Source: an uncultured Acidimicrobiales bacterium (GTDB lineage: Bacteria > Actinomycetota > Acidimicrobiia > Acidimicrobiales > JAHEJN01). From it: a stretch of DNA of 64,000 nucleotides. Below, piece by piece: positions 46,182 through 55,728 of the stretch. The notes beneath the pieces were generated by a model. It made no database searches. It saw only the letters and a program-made list of their open reading frames with translations, and was not told the DNA's origin. The translations under genes were made by a program, and so were the position numbers. The stretch covers positions 32,914 to 96,913 of the forward strand of contig CAWBCM010000001.1 in NCBI GenBank assembly GCA_963787285.1, in the 5' to 3' direction. Position 1 is the stretch's first letter; every line of letters starts with the position of its first letter.

Positions 46182-47404
46182 GTACGCTTCCCACCCTCGC
46201 GTGGTTCCACTGTTTCTCCGGCATCGCCGGCGACATGGCGCTGGGGTCGTTGATCGATGCCGGCGCCGACGTCGAAGAGATCCGGGCCGTTCTCGACCGA
46301 CTACCGGTGAGCGGGTGGGAGCTCCGGGTGGAGCCCACGCTGCGGGGCGGCATCGCCGCGACCAACGTCACCGTCGTCGTGCAGGAGTCGTCGGTCGTGC
46401 GAACCGCCGCCCACATCCACGGTCTCATCGACGAGGCCCGCCTCCCCGAACGTGTGCGGTCGCGCGCGCAAGCGGTGTTCACCGCGCTCGCCCAGGCCGA
46501 GGGGCAGGTGCACCGTCGCCCGGCCGATCAGGTGCACTTCCACGAGGTCGGGGGACTCGATGCCATCATCGACATCGTGGGCACGTGCGCCGCGCTCGAG
46601 GTGCTCGCGGTCGATGAGGTCCACGCCAGCTCCGTCGCCACCGGCCTCGGCATGGTGCAGTCCGAGCACGGTCCGATTCCGAACCCCGCCCCGGCCACGG
46701 TCGAGCTCCTCTCTGGTGTCCCGTCGCACGGGGTGGCGATCGACCTCGAGCTCACGACACCCACCGGGGCTGCGATCGTCGCCGCCCTCGGAACCGATTT
46801 CGGGCCGATGCCCCACATGACAGTGCGAGCCAGCGGGTTCGGCGCCGGCGACACCGACCTGGTCGACCGGCCCAACGTCACCCAGGTGGTGCTCGGCGAG
46901 CGGACGGCTCCGGCCTCCGAGGGTCAACCCGTCACCCAGCTCGAGGTGAACGTCGACGACGTCACCGGCGAGACCCTGGCCCATGCCCTGGCGGCGGTCC
47001 TCGATGCCGGCGCCCACGATGCCTGGATCACGCCCATCCTGATGAAGAAGGGTCGCCCCGCCCACACGGTGAGCGCGCTGTGTGACCCGGTGCTCGCCGC
47101 GCAGGTGGCTCGCACGCTCGTGCGAGAGACGGGTTCGCTCGGCGTTCGCGGCCGTCAGCTAGAGCGCTGGCCGCAAGCGCGCAGCGTCGAGCAGGTCGAC
47201 GTCGAGGGGCGGCCGGTGCGGGTGAAGGTCTCCGAGGGGCGGGTGAAGGTCGAACACGACGATGCCGCAATCGTCGCCGAGCGCACCGGACTGCCGTTGC
47301 GCGAGGTCGTGTCCCTGGCCGAGGAGGCATGGCGTCGCCGCCAGCCACCCCCGGTCAGTCCGTCGGATCCCGACGGAGATGAACCGCCCGATCTGCTGGC
47401 CTAG
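46178..47404 (+). CDS. larC: Nickel insertion protein LarC (DUF111)
   Basis: 408-aa ORF with N-terminus AWFHCFSGIAGDMALGSLIDAGAD and motif HFHEVGGLDAIIDIVG. It overlaps the larB stop. Confidence 0.92.
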   Translation: MSTLPTLAWFHCFSGIAGDMALGSLIDAGADVEEIRAVLDRLPVSGWELRVEPTLRGGIAATNVTVVVQESSVVRTAAHIHGLIDEARLPERVRSRAQAVFTALAQAEGQVHRRPADQVHFHEVGGLDAIIDIVGTCAALEVLAVDEVHASSVATGLGMVQSEHGPIPNPAPATVELLSGVPSHGVAIDLELTTPTGAAIVAALGTDFGPMPHMTVRASGFGAGDTDLVDRPNVTQVVLGERTAPASEGQPVTQLEVNVDDVTGETLAHALAAVLDAGAHDAWITPILMKKGRPAHTVSALCDPVLAAQVARTLVRETGSLGVRGRQLERWPQARSVEQVDVEGRPVRVKVSEGRVKVEHDDAAIVAERTGLPLREVVSLAEEAWRRRQPPPVSPSDPDGDEPPDLLA

Positions 47405-47415
47405 AGTGTGCTTCC

Positions 47416-48135
47416 GTGGTCGAGGAGGCGAATTCGGAGCCTGTGGCATCGGAGAGCGCCGACGGCTCGACCCTGCGTCGGGTTCCGGTACTCGGCGTCT
47501 GCGGCGGGAGCGGGGCCGGCAAGACCTACCTGGTTCGTCAGATCCAGCGTCACTGTGCCGCCGTCGGCTGGCGAGTCGCACAGGTCTCCTTCGATGCCTA
47601 CTACCGAGATCTCCAGCACCTCACCCCTGTGCAACGGAGCGCGGTGAACTTCGACCATCCCGACTCCCTCGACGGCGACCTGTTCACCCACCACGTGAGC
47701 CGCCTCGCCACCGGCGAGCCGGTCGAGGTGCCGCTCTATGACTTCGCCAACCACACCCGCACCGACGAAACGGCGCCGGTCGGGCCGGCCGACGTCATCG
47801 TGCTCGACGGAATCCTGCTCTACGCATTCGAGTCGGTGCGGACCGCCATCGATCTCTCCGTCTACCTCGATGTACCTGCCGACCTGCGCCTCGACCGGCG
47901 CGTGGCGCGTGACACGGTCGAGCGGGGCCGCGATGTCGCCGACGTCGAGCGTCAGTGGAGGGAGTTCGTCGAGCCGATGCACGCGCAGTTCGTCGAGCCC
48001 TTCGCGTCCGACGCCGACGTCGTCGTGGGCTACGCCGACGATCGCGACGAGCTGCTCGAGCACCTCATGAACCGGTTGTGGTCGCTGGCGACCGACCACA
48101 CGAGGGCCTACGCCGAGGCACCGATCCATGACTGA
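47416..48135 (+). CDS. udk: Uridine kinase family protein
   Basis: 239-aa ORF with the P-loop GVCGGSGAGKTY and motifs NFDHPDSLD, PLYDF and VIVLDGILL. Confidence 0.85.
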   Translation: MVEEANSEPVASESADGSTLRRVPVLGVCGGSGAGKTYLVRQIQRHCAAVGWRVAQVSFDAYYRDLQHLTPVQRSAVNFDHPDSLDGDLFTHHVSRLATGEPVEVPLYDFANHTRTDETAPVGPADVIVLDGILLYAFESVRTAIDLSVYLDVPADLRLDRRVARDTVERGRDVADVERQWREFVEPMHAQFVEPFASDADVVVGYADDRDELLEHLMNRLWSLATDHTRAYAEAPIHD

Positions 48136-48859
48136 CTCCACGGCTCCACCCGACGACCGGCTCTATTTCCGCCAGCTCCTGTCGGGGCGCGATTTCGCCG
48201 TCGGTGATCCGCTTGCGGCCCAGATGCGCAACTTCGTCTACGTGGTCGGTGATCGTGAGTCGGGCGAGGCCGTGGTGATCGACCCGGCCTATGACCCCCT
48301 GGGTGTGGTCGAGCGGGTGGAGGCCGATGGCCTCACCGTCACCGGCGCTCTGGCGACCCACTATCACCCCGATCACGTGGGGGGCGCCATGATGGGCTTC
48401 GACATCCTGGGTTGTCGCGAGCTGCTCGAGGAACGGTCGGTTCCGGTCCACGTGCACGCCGACGACGCGGAGTTCGTGCGGAAGGTCACCGGGCTCGGCG
48501 AGTCCGACCTCGTCGCCCATCACAGCGGCGATCACCTCGACGTCGGCGCCGTCCGCATCGAGCTGATCCACACTCCCGGCCACACCCCTGGGAGTCAGTG
48601 CTTCCTGGTCGATGGTCGCCTGCTGGCCGGCGACACGCTGTTCCTCGACGGCTGCGGCCGCACCGATCTGCCCGGTGGTGACCCGGCCCAGCTCTACGAG
48701 AGCCTCACCCAGCGCTTGGCAAGGGTGCCCGACACCGCCACGTTGTACCCCGGTCATCTGTACTCGCCCGCCGCCTCGGCGTCGATGGGCCACACCCGCC
48801 AGCACAACTTCGTCTTCGCGCCGAAGTCGGCCCAACAGTGGTTGGCCATGTTCGGCTGA
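48128..48859 (+). CDS. MBL-fold metallo-hydrolase (glyoxalase II-like)
   Basis: 243-aa ORF with motifs THYHPDHVGG, HTPGHTPGS and GDTLFLDGCGR. Confidence 0.9.
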   Translation: MTDSTAPPDDRLYFRQLLSGRDFAVGDPLAAQMRNFVYVVGDRESGEAVVIDPAYDPLGVVERVEADGLTVTGALATHYHPDHVGGAMMGFDILGCRELLEERSVPVHVHADDAEFVRKVTGLGESDLVAHHSGDHLDVGAVRIELIHTPGHTPGSQCFLVDGRLLAGDTLFLDGCGRTDLPGGDPAQLYESLTQRLARVPDTATLYPGHLYSPAASASMGHTRQHNFVFAPKSAQQWLAMFG

Positions 48860-49077
48860 GCTCTCCGCCGTTCGCCCTAGTGGCGGGGCCCGATGACTCA
48901 GGAACCTCTGCTCATGGCGTCGCTCGGCGCAGGGGGACAGACTTGACAGTGCCGTGGGGGATGGCGCGGGCGGGCGTCGGTACGGTCCACCGGTTTCCGA
49001 TTCGCCATCTCCCACGGTCACGTTCCGCCGATTCCTCGTGAACTCCTCAATCGCGTTGGGCCGACGCCGACGAGGAG

Positions 49078-49674
49078 ATGGTCACATCCATCGACCTCCG
49101 GGCAATCATGGACCGTTCCCTACTCCCGCCGCCGCCGAAGCTCGAGGCCGTCGAGCTGCCGCTGACCATGCTGCCGCCCCCTCCGGCGGCCCCCCTGGTC
49201 GAGGCCTACCGACGTAGCGACGACGTCTTGTTGACACCGGAGCTCCGGTCGGCGTTTCGTGGCTACAACCGCGATGATGTGCACCGTGCCCTCGATGGGA
49301 TGCGGAAACGCATCGTGATGATGAGGGCCGACCTGGAACGGGCGCAGGCCTTCGCCGCACTCGCCGACGAGATCGTCACCCAGGCCCGACTCACCTCGGC
49401 GGAGATGCTCGCCGAGGCCACCCTCGAGGCGAATCAGACCGTGACCGACGCTCAGGTTCTGTCGCAGCAGCTGCTCGACGAGACCCAGCAGAAGTGCCAG
49501 AACGCCGCCCGAAGGGGCATCAGCGCCGCCTTCGAGATGGCGGGCATGCTCGGCTACACCGACACACGTCAGGACCGATTCGACAACCAGTTCGAGCAGG
49601 ATTCATTCGATCGCTTCTTCGAGGGCGACGACGTGGAGCCGGATGCCGCCCGCGCCTGGATGGTGGCGAGCTGA
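49078..49674 (+). CDS. DivIVA domain-containing protein
   Basis: 198-aa ORF with the DivIVA signature FRGYNRDDVHRALDGM followed by a coiled coil. An alternative start is ATG 49108. Confidence 0.75.
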   Translation: MVTSIDLRAIMDRSLLPPPPKLEAVELPLTMLPPPPAAPLVEAYRRSDDVLLTPELRSAFRGYNRDDVHRALDGMRKRIVMMRADLERAQAFAALADEIVTQARLTSAEMLAEATLEANQTVTDAQVLSQQLLDETQQKCQNAARRGISAAFEMAGMLGYTDTRQDRFDNQFEQDSFDRFFEGDDVEPDAARAWMVAS

Positions 49675-49767
49675 CCACAGGGTGGACATCCACTCGTCGA
49701 AGAATCCTCGCGGCGGCCTAGCATGCACGCAGCACTGCGGAGTGTGCTGAGGGAGGTTCGTCAACCA

Positions 49768-50070
49768 ATGCGCTGGTCGCGTGTACGTCGTCGCCGGGTG
49801 ATGAGCCGTTCGGGACCTCTGGACTGTGCAGGCGCGGCGGTGCTGCTCCAGGAGTACCTCGACTCCGAGCTCGAGCCGCGTCATTCGGGGCGAGTGGCCG
49901 AGCATCTCGAGGTGTGCCGCCGGTGCGGACTGTCCGCCGAGACGTATCGATCGATCCGGGCGTCACTCGAGAAGTCACAACAGGCCGCACCCGACGCGAT
50001 CGACCGATTGCGCGCTTTCGCCGACGATGTTGCCGATCGACCCCGAGGGAACGCGTCGTCCGACGCGTGA
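49768..50070 (+). CDS. zf-HC2 (ZAS-type) anti-sigma factor-like protein
   Basis: The HxxxCxxC motif (AEHLEVCRRCG) follows LLQEYLDSEL. ATG 49768 has a GAGGGAGG RBS and lies in ORF 49723..50070. Confidence 0.7.
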   Translation: MRWSRVRRRRVMSRSGPLDCAGAAVLLQEYLDSELEPRHSGRVAEHLEVCRRCGLSAETYRSIRASLEKSQQAAPDAIDRLRAFADDVADRPRGNASSDA

Positions 50071-51383
50071 ATGTGCCCGTGCGCTCGATCCTGCGTCTGC
50101 GTTGCCTCGCTGGCGTTCTCGGTCTGTTCGCGCTGCTGGCGGCGTCACCGGCGGGTGCCCAGTCCGGGGGCGACGCGCCGCCCGATGCCGAGGCCCCCGA
50201 AACCGTCCTGTCGGCGGTCGACGCGGAACTTCTCGAGGCCCTCGAGGCCGTGGATCTGGTCGACGAGTGGACGAGTGTGGGCACGCTCGATCCACGATCG
50301 ACCCTGGTCGGGGTCACCGGGGCGAACATCGACGTCACCCGGCGTTCGTTGCTCGATGCCGCCGCCGAGCTGGCCGAGACCCGCTCGGTGGGACACCGTC
50401 TCGAGGCGCTGATCGTGCAGCTCGACGAGATCGAGGCGCAGCTGGCCTCCACTCAGCAACACGTCGACGCCGAGGCCGCCGTCACCTCGCTCGCGCTCGG
50501 GGTGATCGATGATTCACTCGCCGATGCCGCAGTGGCCCGCTACGTGCGTGGTCGGGTGCTGCCCCCGGCCGGCGAGGATCTCGAGGCGATCTACACCGAC
50601 GCCACCCACTCCACCCTGGTCGATGTCGCCGTCGAGGATCTGCTCGCTCATCACGAGCGTCTGGTCGAGGCGCTCGAGGAGAAACGCTCGGAGCGGGCCG
50701 ACCTCGTGGCTGCCCGCGCCCAGACCCTGGCCACCCGGACGGTCACCCAGGCCGACCTCGACGCGCTCCGGCCTCGGTGGGACGAACTCGAGGCCGCGGT
50801 TCCCGAGATGCTCGTCGACCTCCGCGACCAACGACTCAACGGCACCGTCGTCGGTCTCGGCCTGACGCTGGTGACCCTCGACGCCTACCTCACCGGCGAG
50901 GCGGTCACCGCCGAGCGGCGACCCGATTGCGGGATCCGTTGGCAGGCGATCGCCGCCATCGGCCGGGTCGAGTCGAACCACGGTCGCGACCAGGGTGGTC
51001 GCGTCCTCGGCGACGGGCAGCTGTCGTCTCCCTTCGTCGGGCCGTTGCTCGATGGCTCGTTGGAGGGAACCGAGATCGTCATCGACAGCGACGGCGGAGC
51101 CGTCGACGGTGACGCCGAGTTCGATCGCGCTGTCGGCCCGTTCCAGTTCCTGCCCAACTCGTGGAAGACGTCCGGGGTCGACGGCGATGGCAACGAGACC
51201 GTCGATGTGCAGAACATGTACGACGGGGCGGCCTCGGTGGGGGAGTACCTGTGCTCGCGTATCTCGCCCCTCACCGACGACGGCACGCTGCGCGAGTCGT
51301 TCCTTCGCTACAACGCGTCGGGTGAGTACGCCGACAAGGTCGCGACGTGGATGCGCACCTACGACGAGTTCGTGGTGGGCTGA
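50067..51383 (+). CDS. Secreted lytic transglycosylase domain protein with coiled-coil N-terminal region
   Basis: GTG 50067 overlaps the upstream stop (GTGA). The signal peptide is LRCLAGVLGLFALLAASPAGAQS. The C-terminus has AIGRVESNHG...GPFQFLPNSW. Confidence 0.8.
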   Translation: MNVPVRSILRLRCLAGVLGLFALLAASPAGAQSGGDAPPDAEAPETVLSAVDAELLEALEAVDLVDEWTSVGTLDPRSTLVGVTGANIDVTRRSLLDAAAELAETRSVGHRLEALIVQLDEIEAQLASTQQHVDAEAAVTSLALGVIDDSLADAAVARYVRGRVLPPAGEDLEAIYTDATHSTLVDVAVEDLLAHHERLVEALEEKRSERADLVAARAQTLATRTVTQADLDALRPRWDELEAAVPEMLVDLRDQRLNGTVVGLGLTLVTLDAYLTGEAVTAERRPDCGIRWQAIAAIGRVESNHGRDQGGRVLGDGQLSSPFVGPLLDGSLEGTEIVIDSDGGAVDGDAEFDRAVGPFQFLPNSWKTSGVDGDGNETVDVQNMYDGAASVGEYLCSRISPLTDDGTLRESFLRYNASGEYADKVATWMRTYDEFVVG

Positions 51384-51403
51384 CACCGAAAGGCGCACGG
51401 TGG

Positions 51404-51457
51404 GCAGAGGCCACACCGTGGGCCCTGCGGAAGCGTGCAGGACCCGGTGGCCTCTGC
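51404..51457 (+). terminator. Terminator-like long hairpin after the transglycosylase gene
   Basis: GCAGAGGCCAC ... GTGGCCTCTGC are 11-bp arms flanking a further GGGCCCTGC/GCAGGACCC imperfect stem. Confidence 0.5.
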
Positions 51458-51554
51458 GCCAGCCGTGCCAACGGAGATCCGTGCGAGGTGATCCCGTGTC
51501 ACTCCATCGGATTGCTGGTGTCGATCTTTAGTCGCGGCTGGCAGACTCGTTCCG

Positions 51555-51764
51555 ATGTTCCTCGGAGAGAACCTTCTGGCCTATCTGGTCCTGGCCATGG
51601 GCGCTGCGCTGGCCGCCGGCAACCTCCTGGCCCTCATCCGCCCTCCCGAGCAGCCACGCAGCGACACCGATCTCGACCGTCCACCAGTGGCCAGGACCAT
51701 CCTCATGATCGTCGTCGGCCTGGTTGCCGCGGGGTGGTCGTTGGCCAGCCTTGTTGCCGGCTGA
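51555..51764 (+). CDS. Small membrane protein (2 TM)
   Basis: 69-aa ORF MFLGENLLAYLVLAMGAALAAGNLLALI...ILMIVVGLVAAGWSLASLVAG. Confidence 0.5.
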   Translation: MFLGENLLAYLVLAMGAALAAGNLLALIRPPEQPRSDTDLDRPPVARTILMIVVGLVAAGWSLASLVAG

Positions 51765-51807
51765 GTCGACGCACTAGAACGGAGCGAGCCGCGACGAAAG
51801 GGGCACC

Positions 51808-52590
51808 ATGGGCGACCTGGTGAAGCTGGAGATCGATTCCGACAAACGGGTGGCGACGGTGCGGCTCGATCGGCCGCCGATGAACGCCATCAGCGCGGCG
51901 CTGGTCGCCGACCTGGCCGCGGTGACCGGAGAGCTGGCGGCCGACGAGAACGTGCGGGCCGTGGTCCTGTGGGGCGGACCGAAGATCTTCGCGGCGGGTG
52001 CCGACATCAAGGAGTTCCCCGAGCTCGACCACGACGGCGCGCTCGAGCTGTCCACCCGGCTGAACCGGACGTTCCTGGCGTTCGAGAACCTGCCCCAGAT
52101 CACCATCGCCGCGGTGAACGGGTACGCGCTGGGCGGTGGGTGCGAACTGGCCATGACCGCCGAGTTCCGGATCATCGGTGACGATGCCGTGTTCGGCCAG
52201 CCCGAGATCCTTCTCGGCCTCATCCCCGGGGCCGGTGGCACACAGCGACTGAGTCGGCTGGTGGGGATCACCAAGGCGAAGGAAATCAACTACTCGGGCC
52301 GCATGGTGAAGGCGCCCGAAGCATGCGAAATCGGTCTGGCCTCGACGATGCACCCTGCTGCGGAGGTGTATGACGCCGCCGTCGAGCTGGCGGAGGCCTA
52401 CGCCGCCGGTCCGGCCGCTCTGCGGATGGCCAAGGCGGCGATGATGCGGGGGTTGCACCTGCCCCTCGACGAGGCGGTCGAGGTCGAAGCCGAGGAGTTC
52501 GCCAAGTGCTTCGCCACCGACGACTGCGCGATCGGTGTGCAGAGTTTCATCGAGCACGGACCGGGCAAGGCCACCTTCACCGGGCGCTGA
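51808..52590 (+). CDS. Enoyl-CoA hydratase/isomerase (crotonase) family protein
   Basis: 260-aa ORF with motifs AAGADIKEF, AAVNGYALGGGCELAM and GQPEILLGLIPGAGGTQRL. Confidence 0.93.
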   Translation: MGDLVKLEIDSDKRVATVRLDRPPMNAISAALVADLAAVTGELAADENVRAVVLWGGPKIFAAGADIKEFPELDHDGALELSTRLNRTFLAFENLPQITIAAVNGYALGGGCELAMTAEFRIIGDDAVFGQPEILLGLIPGAGGTQRLSRLVGITKAKEINYSGRMVKAPEACEIGLASTMHPAAEVYDAAVELAEAYAAGPAALRMAKAAMMRGLHLPLDEAVEVEAEEFAKCFATDDCAIGVQSFIEHGPGKATFTGR

Positions 52591-52599
52591 CGAACCATT

Positions 52600-53793
52600 T
52601 CAGCCGAAGATGATGCCCTCGGCCCGCAGGGCGCGCACCCGATCGAACGAGATCCCATGGTCGAGCAGGACCTCATCGGTGCTCGCACCCAGTGGGTCGA
52701 CGTCGATGACGAAATCGGCGGCGGTCTGACCGAACTCCACCGGCGGCCGCGGCATGCGCATGGGGCCCGCAATGGGGTGGTCGAACTCGTCGATGATGGC
52801 GTTGTGCACGACCTGGGGATCGGCCAGTGCCTCGTCGAGGGACTGCACCGGGGCGCAGGGCACCTGATGGCGACGGAGCCGCTCGAGGATGTCGTCGGTG
52901 GCAAAGGTCCGAAACGCGGCGTCGACCATCTTCGAGATCACCGGCAGGGTGTCGGCGTGCTGGCGAATCGTGATGTCGGAGAAGCGCGGTTCGGCCCACC
53001 ATTCGGCCTTGTCGAGGGCCTGGACCAGGCCGTGATACTCGCGGTCGCTGCCCGCGACGTACACGAGGTGGCCGTCGGCGGTCGGTTGCAGCCGATACGA
53101 ACGGGGCACGAGCAGACCGGGGACCGCTTTGGTGCCGGTGAAGGTGTGAGCGGTGAAGACGTCGGCCCACAGCCAGTACAGGGTGGCATCGAGCAGCGAG
53201 AGGTCGAGGTCCTGGCCTCCGGCGCCCCGCTCGCGGGCGAACAGCGCTGCGGTGATCGCCTGGGCGGCGAACAGGGCGGCGGACTTGTCGCAGATGAGCG
53301 TGCGCACGAGCTCGGGCTCGGCGTCGGCGGTGACCTTCTGTATCGACGCCACGCCCACGAGGGCCTGCACGATCTGGTCGTACACCCGCCAGTCGGCGTA
53401 GGGGCCGTCGGGACCGACCCCGCTGATCGACGCCACCACGAGCTGCGGGTTCACGGAGCGAAGGGCGGCGGGCCCGAGCCCGAGCCGATCGGCGACCCCC
53501 GGCCGCCAGTTCTGCACGACGACGTCGCACTGTCGGGCGAGATCGAGGGCGACCTCGACCCCTTCGGGTGTCTGGAGGTCGATCACGACCGAGCGCTTTC
53601 CCCGGTTGCACGCGGCGTACATGGCCGAGATCGTGCCGACCCGATGGCCCAGCATGCGGGAGATGTCGCCGATGCCGGGCGGCTCGATCTTGACGACCGA
53701 CGCACCCTGGTCGGCCAGGATCTGCGCGGCGAGGGGCCCCGACACCACCGCCGAGAAGTCGAGGACGCGTACTCCGTCGAGTGGTCCGTTCAT
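52600..53793 (-). CDS. CaiB/BaiF family III CoA-transferase
   Basis: ATG 53793 lies in ORF 52600..53832. Motifs are LDGVRVLDFSAVVSGPLAAQILADQGASVVKIEPP and NRGKRSV. Confidence 0.93.
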   Translation of the reverse strand: MNGPLDGVRVLDFSAVVSGPLAAQILADQGASVVKIEPPGIGDISRMLGHRVGTISAMYAACNRGKRSVVIDLQTPEGVEVALDLARQCDVVVQNWRPGVADRLGLGPAALRSVNPQLVVASISGVGPDGPYADWRVYDQIVQALVGVASIQKVTADAEPELVRTLICDKSAALFAAQAITAALFARERGAGGQDLDLSLLDATLYWLWADVFTAHTFTGTKAVPGLLVPRSYRLQPTADGHLVYVAGSDREYHGLVQALDKAEWWAEPRFSDITIRQHADTLPVISKMVDAAFRTFATDDILERLRRHQVPCAPVQSLDEALADPQVVHNAIIDEFDHPIAGPMRMPRPPVEFGQTAADFVIDVDPLGASTDEVLLDHGISFDRVRALRAEGIIFG

Positions 53794-53847
53794 GGGGGAA
53801 GTGTGGCCCACTTCGTCGACCGACGGGGGCACCTGGTGGGACGAGGC

Positions 53848-55020
53848 TCAGAGCAGGGGAGCGAGGTCGCCGTTGCGGGCGACATCGATCGCATCGAGGC
53901 CGAGCCACTCGGCGTAGGTCTCGAGCTCGCGTCGCAGCTCCCGTCCGACGTGGGCCGGGTCGACCCCGGGCTCGGCCCATGCGCCCCTCACCAACAGGGT
54001 GCCCGTCGTGCGGTCGGCCTTCAGATCGACTCGTGCCACCAGGTCGCCGTCGAGAAGGAATGGCAACACGTAGTAGCCGTACGTGCGCTTGGCCTCGGGC
54101 ACGTAGATCTCGATCCGGTAGTGGAAGTCGAACAGGCGCAGGGCTCGGTCGCGGAACCACACCACGGGGTCGAAGGGCGACAGCAGGGTACGGGTGGGCA
54201 CCGAGTGGGGCGCGACCGCATCGGGGTGCAGATAGGCGGGCTTGGCCCAGCCCCTGACCTCGACTCGTTCGATGCGCCCCTCGCGTTCGAGCTCGTCGAG
54301 CAGCGGTCGGGTGACGGGCATGCGTATCCGGTAGTAGTCGCCGAGATCCTCGGCGGTGCCGACTCCGAGTGAGCGGGCCGCGAGGACCAGCAACTCCTTC
54401 TGGGCCTCGTGTGCGGGTAGCGCGGGCTGGTCGAGGACGTCGGCCGGAAACACTCGTTCGACGATGTCGTAGACGCGCTTGAACCCGACGCGGTCGGCGG
54501 TGGTCACGTGGCCCATGTCGAACAGGTATTCGAGGGCGAGCTTGCCGTGGTCGCGGCCCCACCACGGGCCGGTGCGCGGCCCTCGGTCCTCGAGGTCGCT
54601 CACGGTGAGTGGCCCGCGACGACGAACCTCCTCCAGCACCGCCTCGATGTAGCCGGGTCGCTCGTTCCGCAGCCGGTCGAAGGAGTTCCAGTGCGGCTCG
54701 TCGGCCATGCGGAATCCCAGGAGATGGCGCCGCTGCACCGGCATGAGCGCCGCCTCGTGGGCCCAGTACTCGAAGAGTGCACCGCCGTAGGCCCAGCGAT
54801 CGAGGGCCTCGCGATCGTAGGGACCGAGGCGGGAGTACACGGGCATGAAATGGGCTCGGCAGACGATGTTCACCGAGTCGAGCTGCAACACGCCGACCCG
54901 ACCGAGCACCCGGCGGAAATGGCGGGCATCGACCCGTCCGGTCGGTCGGACGTCGCGAAAGCCCTGAGCTTCGAGGGCGATCCGCCGGGCCCGGTCGTTG
55001 CTGATGGTCGGTGGTGCCAC
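53848..55020 (-). CDS. YcaQ/AlkZ-like winged-helix DNA glycosylase family protein (DUF1006)
   Basis: 390-aa ORF with N-terminus ARRIALEAQGF and motifs LQLDSVN and YGYYVLPFL. Confidence 0.85.
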   Translation of the reverse strand: MAPPTISNDRARRIALEAQGFRDVRPTGRVDARHFRRVLGRVGVLQLDSVNIVCRAHFMPVYSRLGPYDREALDRWAYGGALFEYWAHEAALMPVQRRHLLGFRMADEPHWNSFDRLRNERPGYIEAVLEEVRRRGPLTVSDLEDRGPRTGPWWGRDHGKLALEYLFDMGHVTTADRVGFKRVYDIVERVFPADVLDQPALPAHEAQKELLVLAARSLGVGTAEDLGDYYRIRMPVTRPLLDELEREGRIERVEVRGWAKPAYLHPDAVAPHSVPTRTLLSPFDPVVWFRDRALRLFDFHYRIEIYVPEAKRTYGYYVLPFLLDGDLVARVDLKADRTTGTLLVRGAWAEPGVDPAHVGRELRRELETYAEWLGLDAIDVARNGDLAPLL

Positions 55021-55073
55021 GGCAGCAGACTACGGGTTGCCGTGCCGCGACCCCGTTGCGCGAAACTGCCCGC

Positions 55074-55718
55074 ATGCACATCGAGATCACCCCTGAAGCT
55101 CACGTGGTGCATCTCGGCGACGGCCAGAACGTCTTCGATGCCGACTTCGTCGCGGCCCTGCACGATTTCCTCGACGAGGTGGAGGACGACGAAACCGCCG
55201 GATGCCTGGTGACCATGGGCGACGGCAGCTCGTACAGCGCAGGGTTCGACATCGAGCACCTGAGCTCGGTCGGCGACGGTCTCGACGACTTCCTCGACGA
55301 GACGTTCCGGGCCATCGCCCGGGTCCTCACCTTTCCGCTGCCGACCGTCGCGGCCATGAACGGCCATGCCTTCGGCATCGGTGCCGTCCTGGCCCTCGCT
55401 CACGATCAGCGGGTGATGAACGCCGATCGCGGCTGGTTCTGCTTTCCCGAGGTCGATCTCGGCCTGCGCTTCCACCCGTTCATGCAGGCGGTGTTCGTGA
55501 CCAAGGTGGCACCGCCGACGGTGCTCGAGATGCTCCTCGAGGGAAAACGCTACGGCGGCGGCGACGCGCTCGACGCCGGCCTGGTCGATGCCGTGGCGAC
55601 CCCCGGGGAGCTCCTCACCGCCGCCATAGCCCTCGCCGGTCCTCGCACGGGGAAGTCGAGGGAGATCGTTTCCGGTCTCAAGACCGACCTCTTCGCCAAC
55701 GTTCTGGCGACGCTGTAG
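55074..55718 (+). CDS. Enoyl-CoA hydratase/isomerase family protein
   Basis: ATG 55074 lies in ORF 55011..55718. Motifs are SAGFDIEHL and AAMNGHAFGIGAVLALAHD. Confidence 0.85.
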   Translation: MHIEITPEAHVVHLGDGQNVFDADFVAALHDFLDEVEDDETAGCLVTMGDGSSYSAGFDIEHLSSVGDGLDDFLDETFRAIARVLTFPLPTVAAMNGHAFGIGAVLALAHDQRVMNADRGWFCFPEVDLGLRFHPFMQAVFVTKVAPPTVLEMLLEGKRYGGGDALDAGLVDAVATPGELLTAAIALAGPRTGKSREIVSGLKTDLFANVLATL

Positions 55719-55728
55719 GTTCGCCCGC

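Noticed and set aside
49675-49767. Possible ydaO/c-di-AMP-type riboswitch upstream of the cell-wall hydrolase operon.
   Set aside because: I could not identify the conserved pseudo-twofold helices or sequence blocks by eye. It would need an Infernal scan, so there is no support from the sequence alone.
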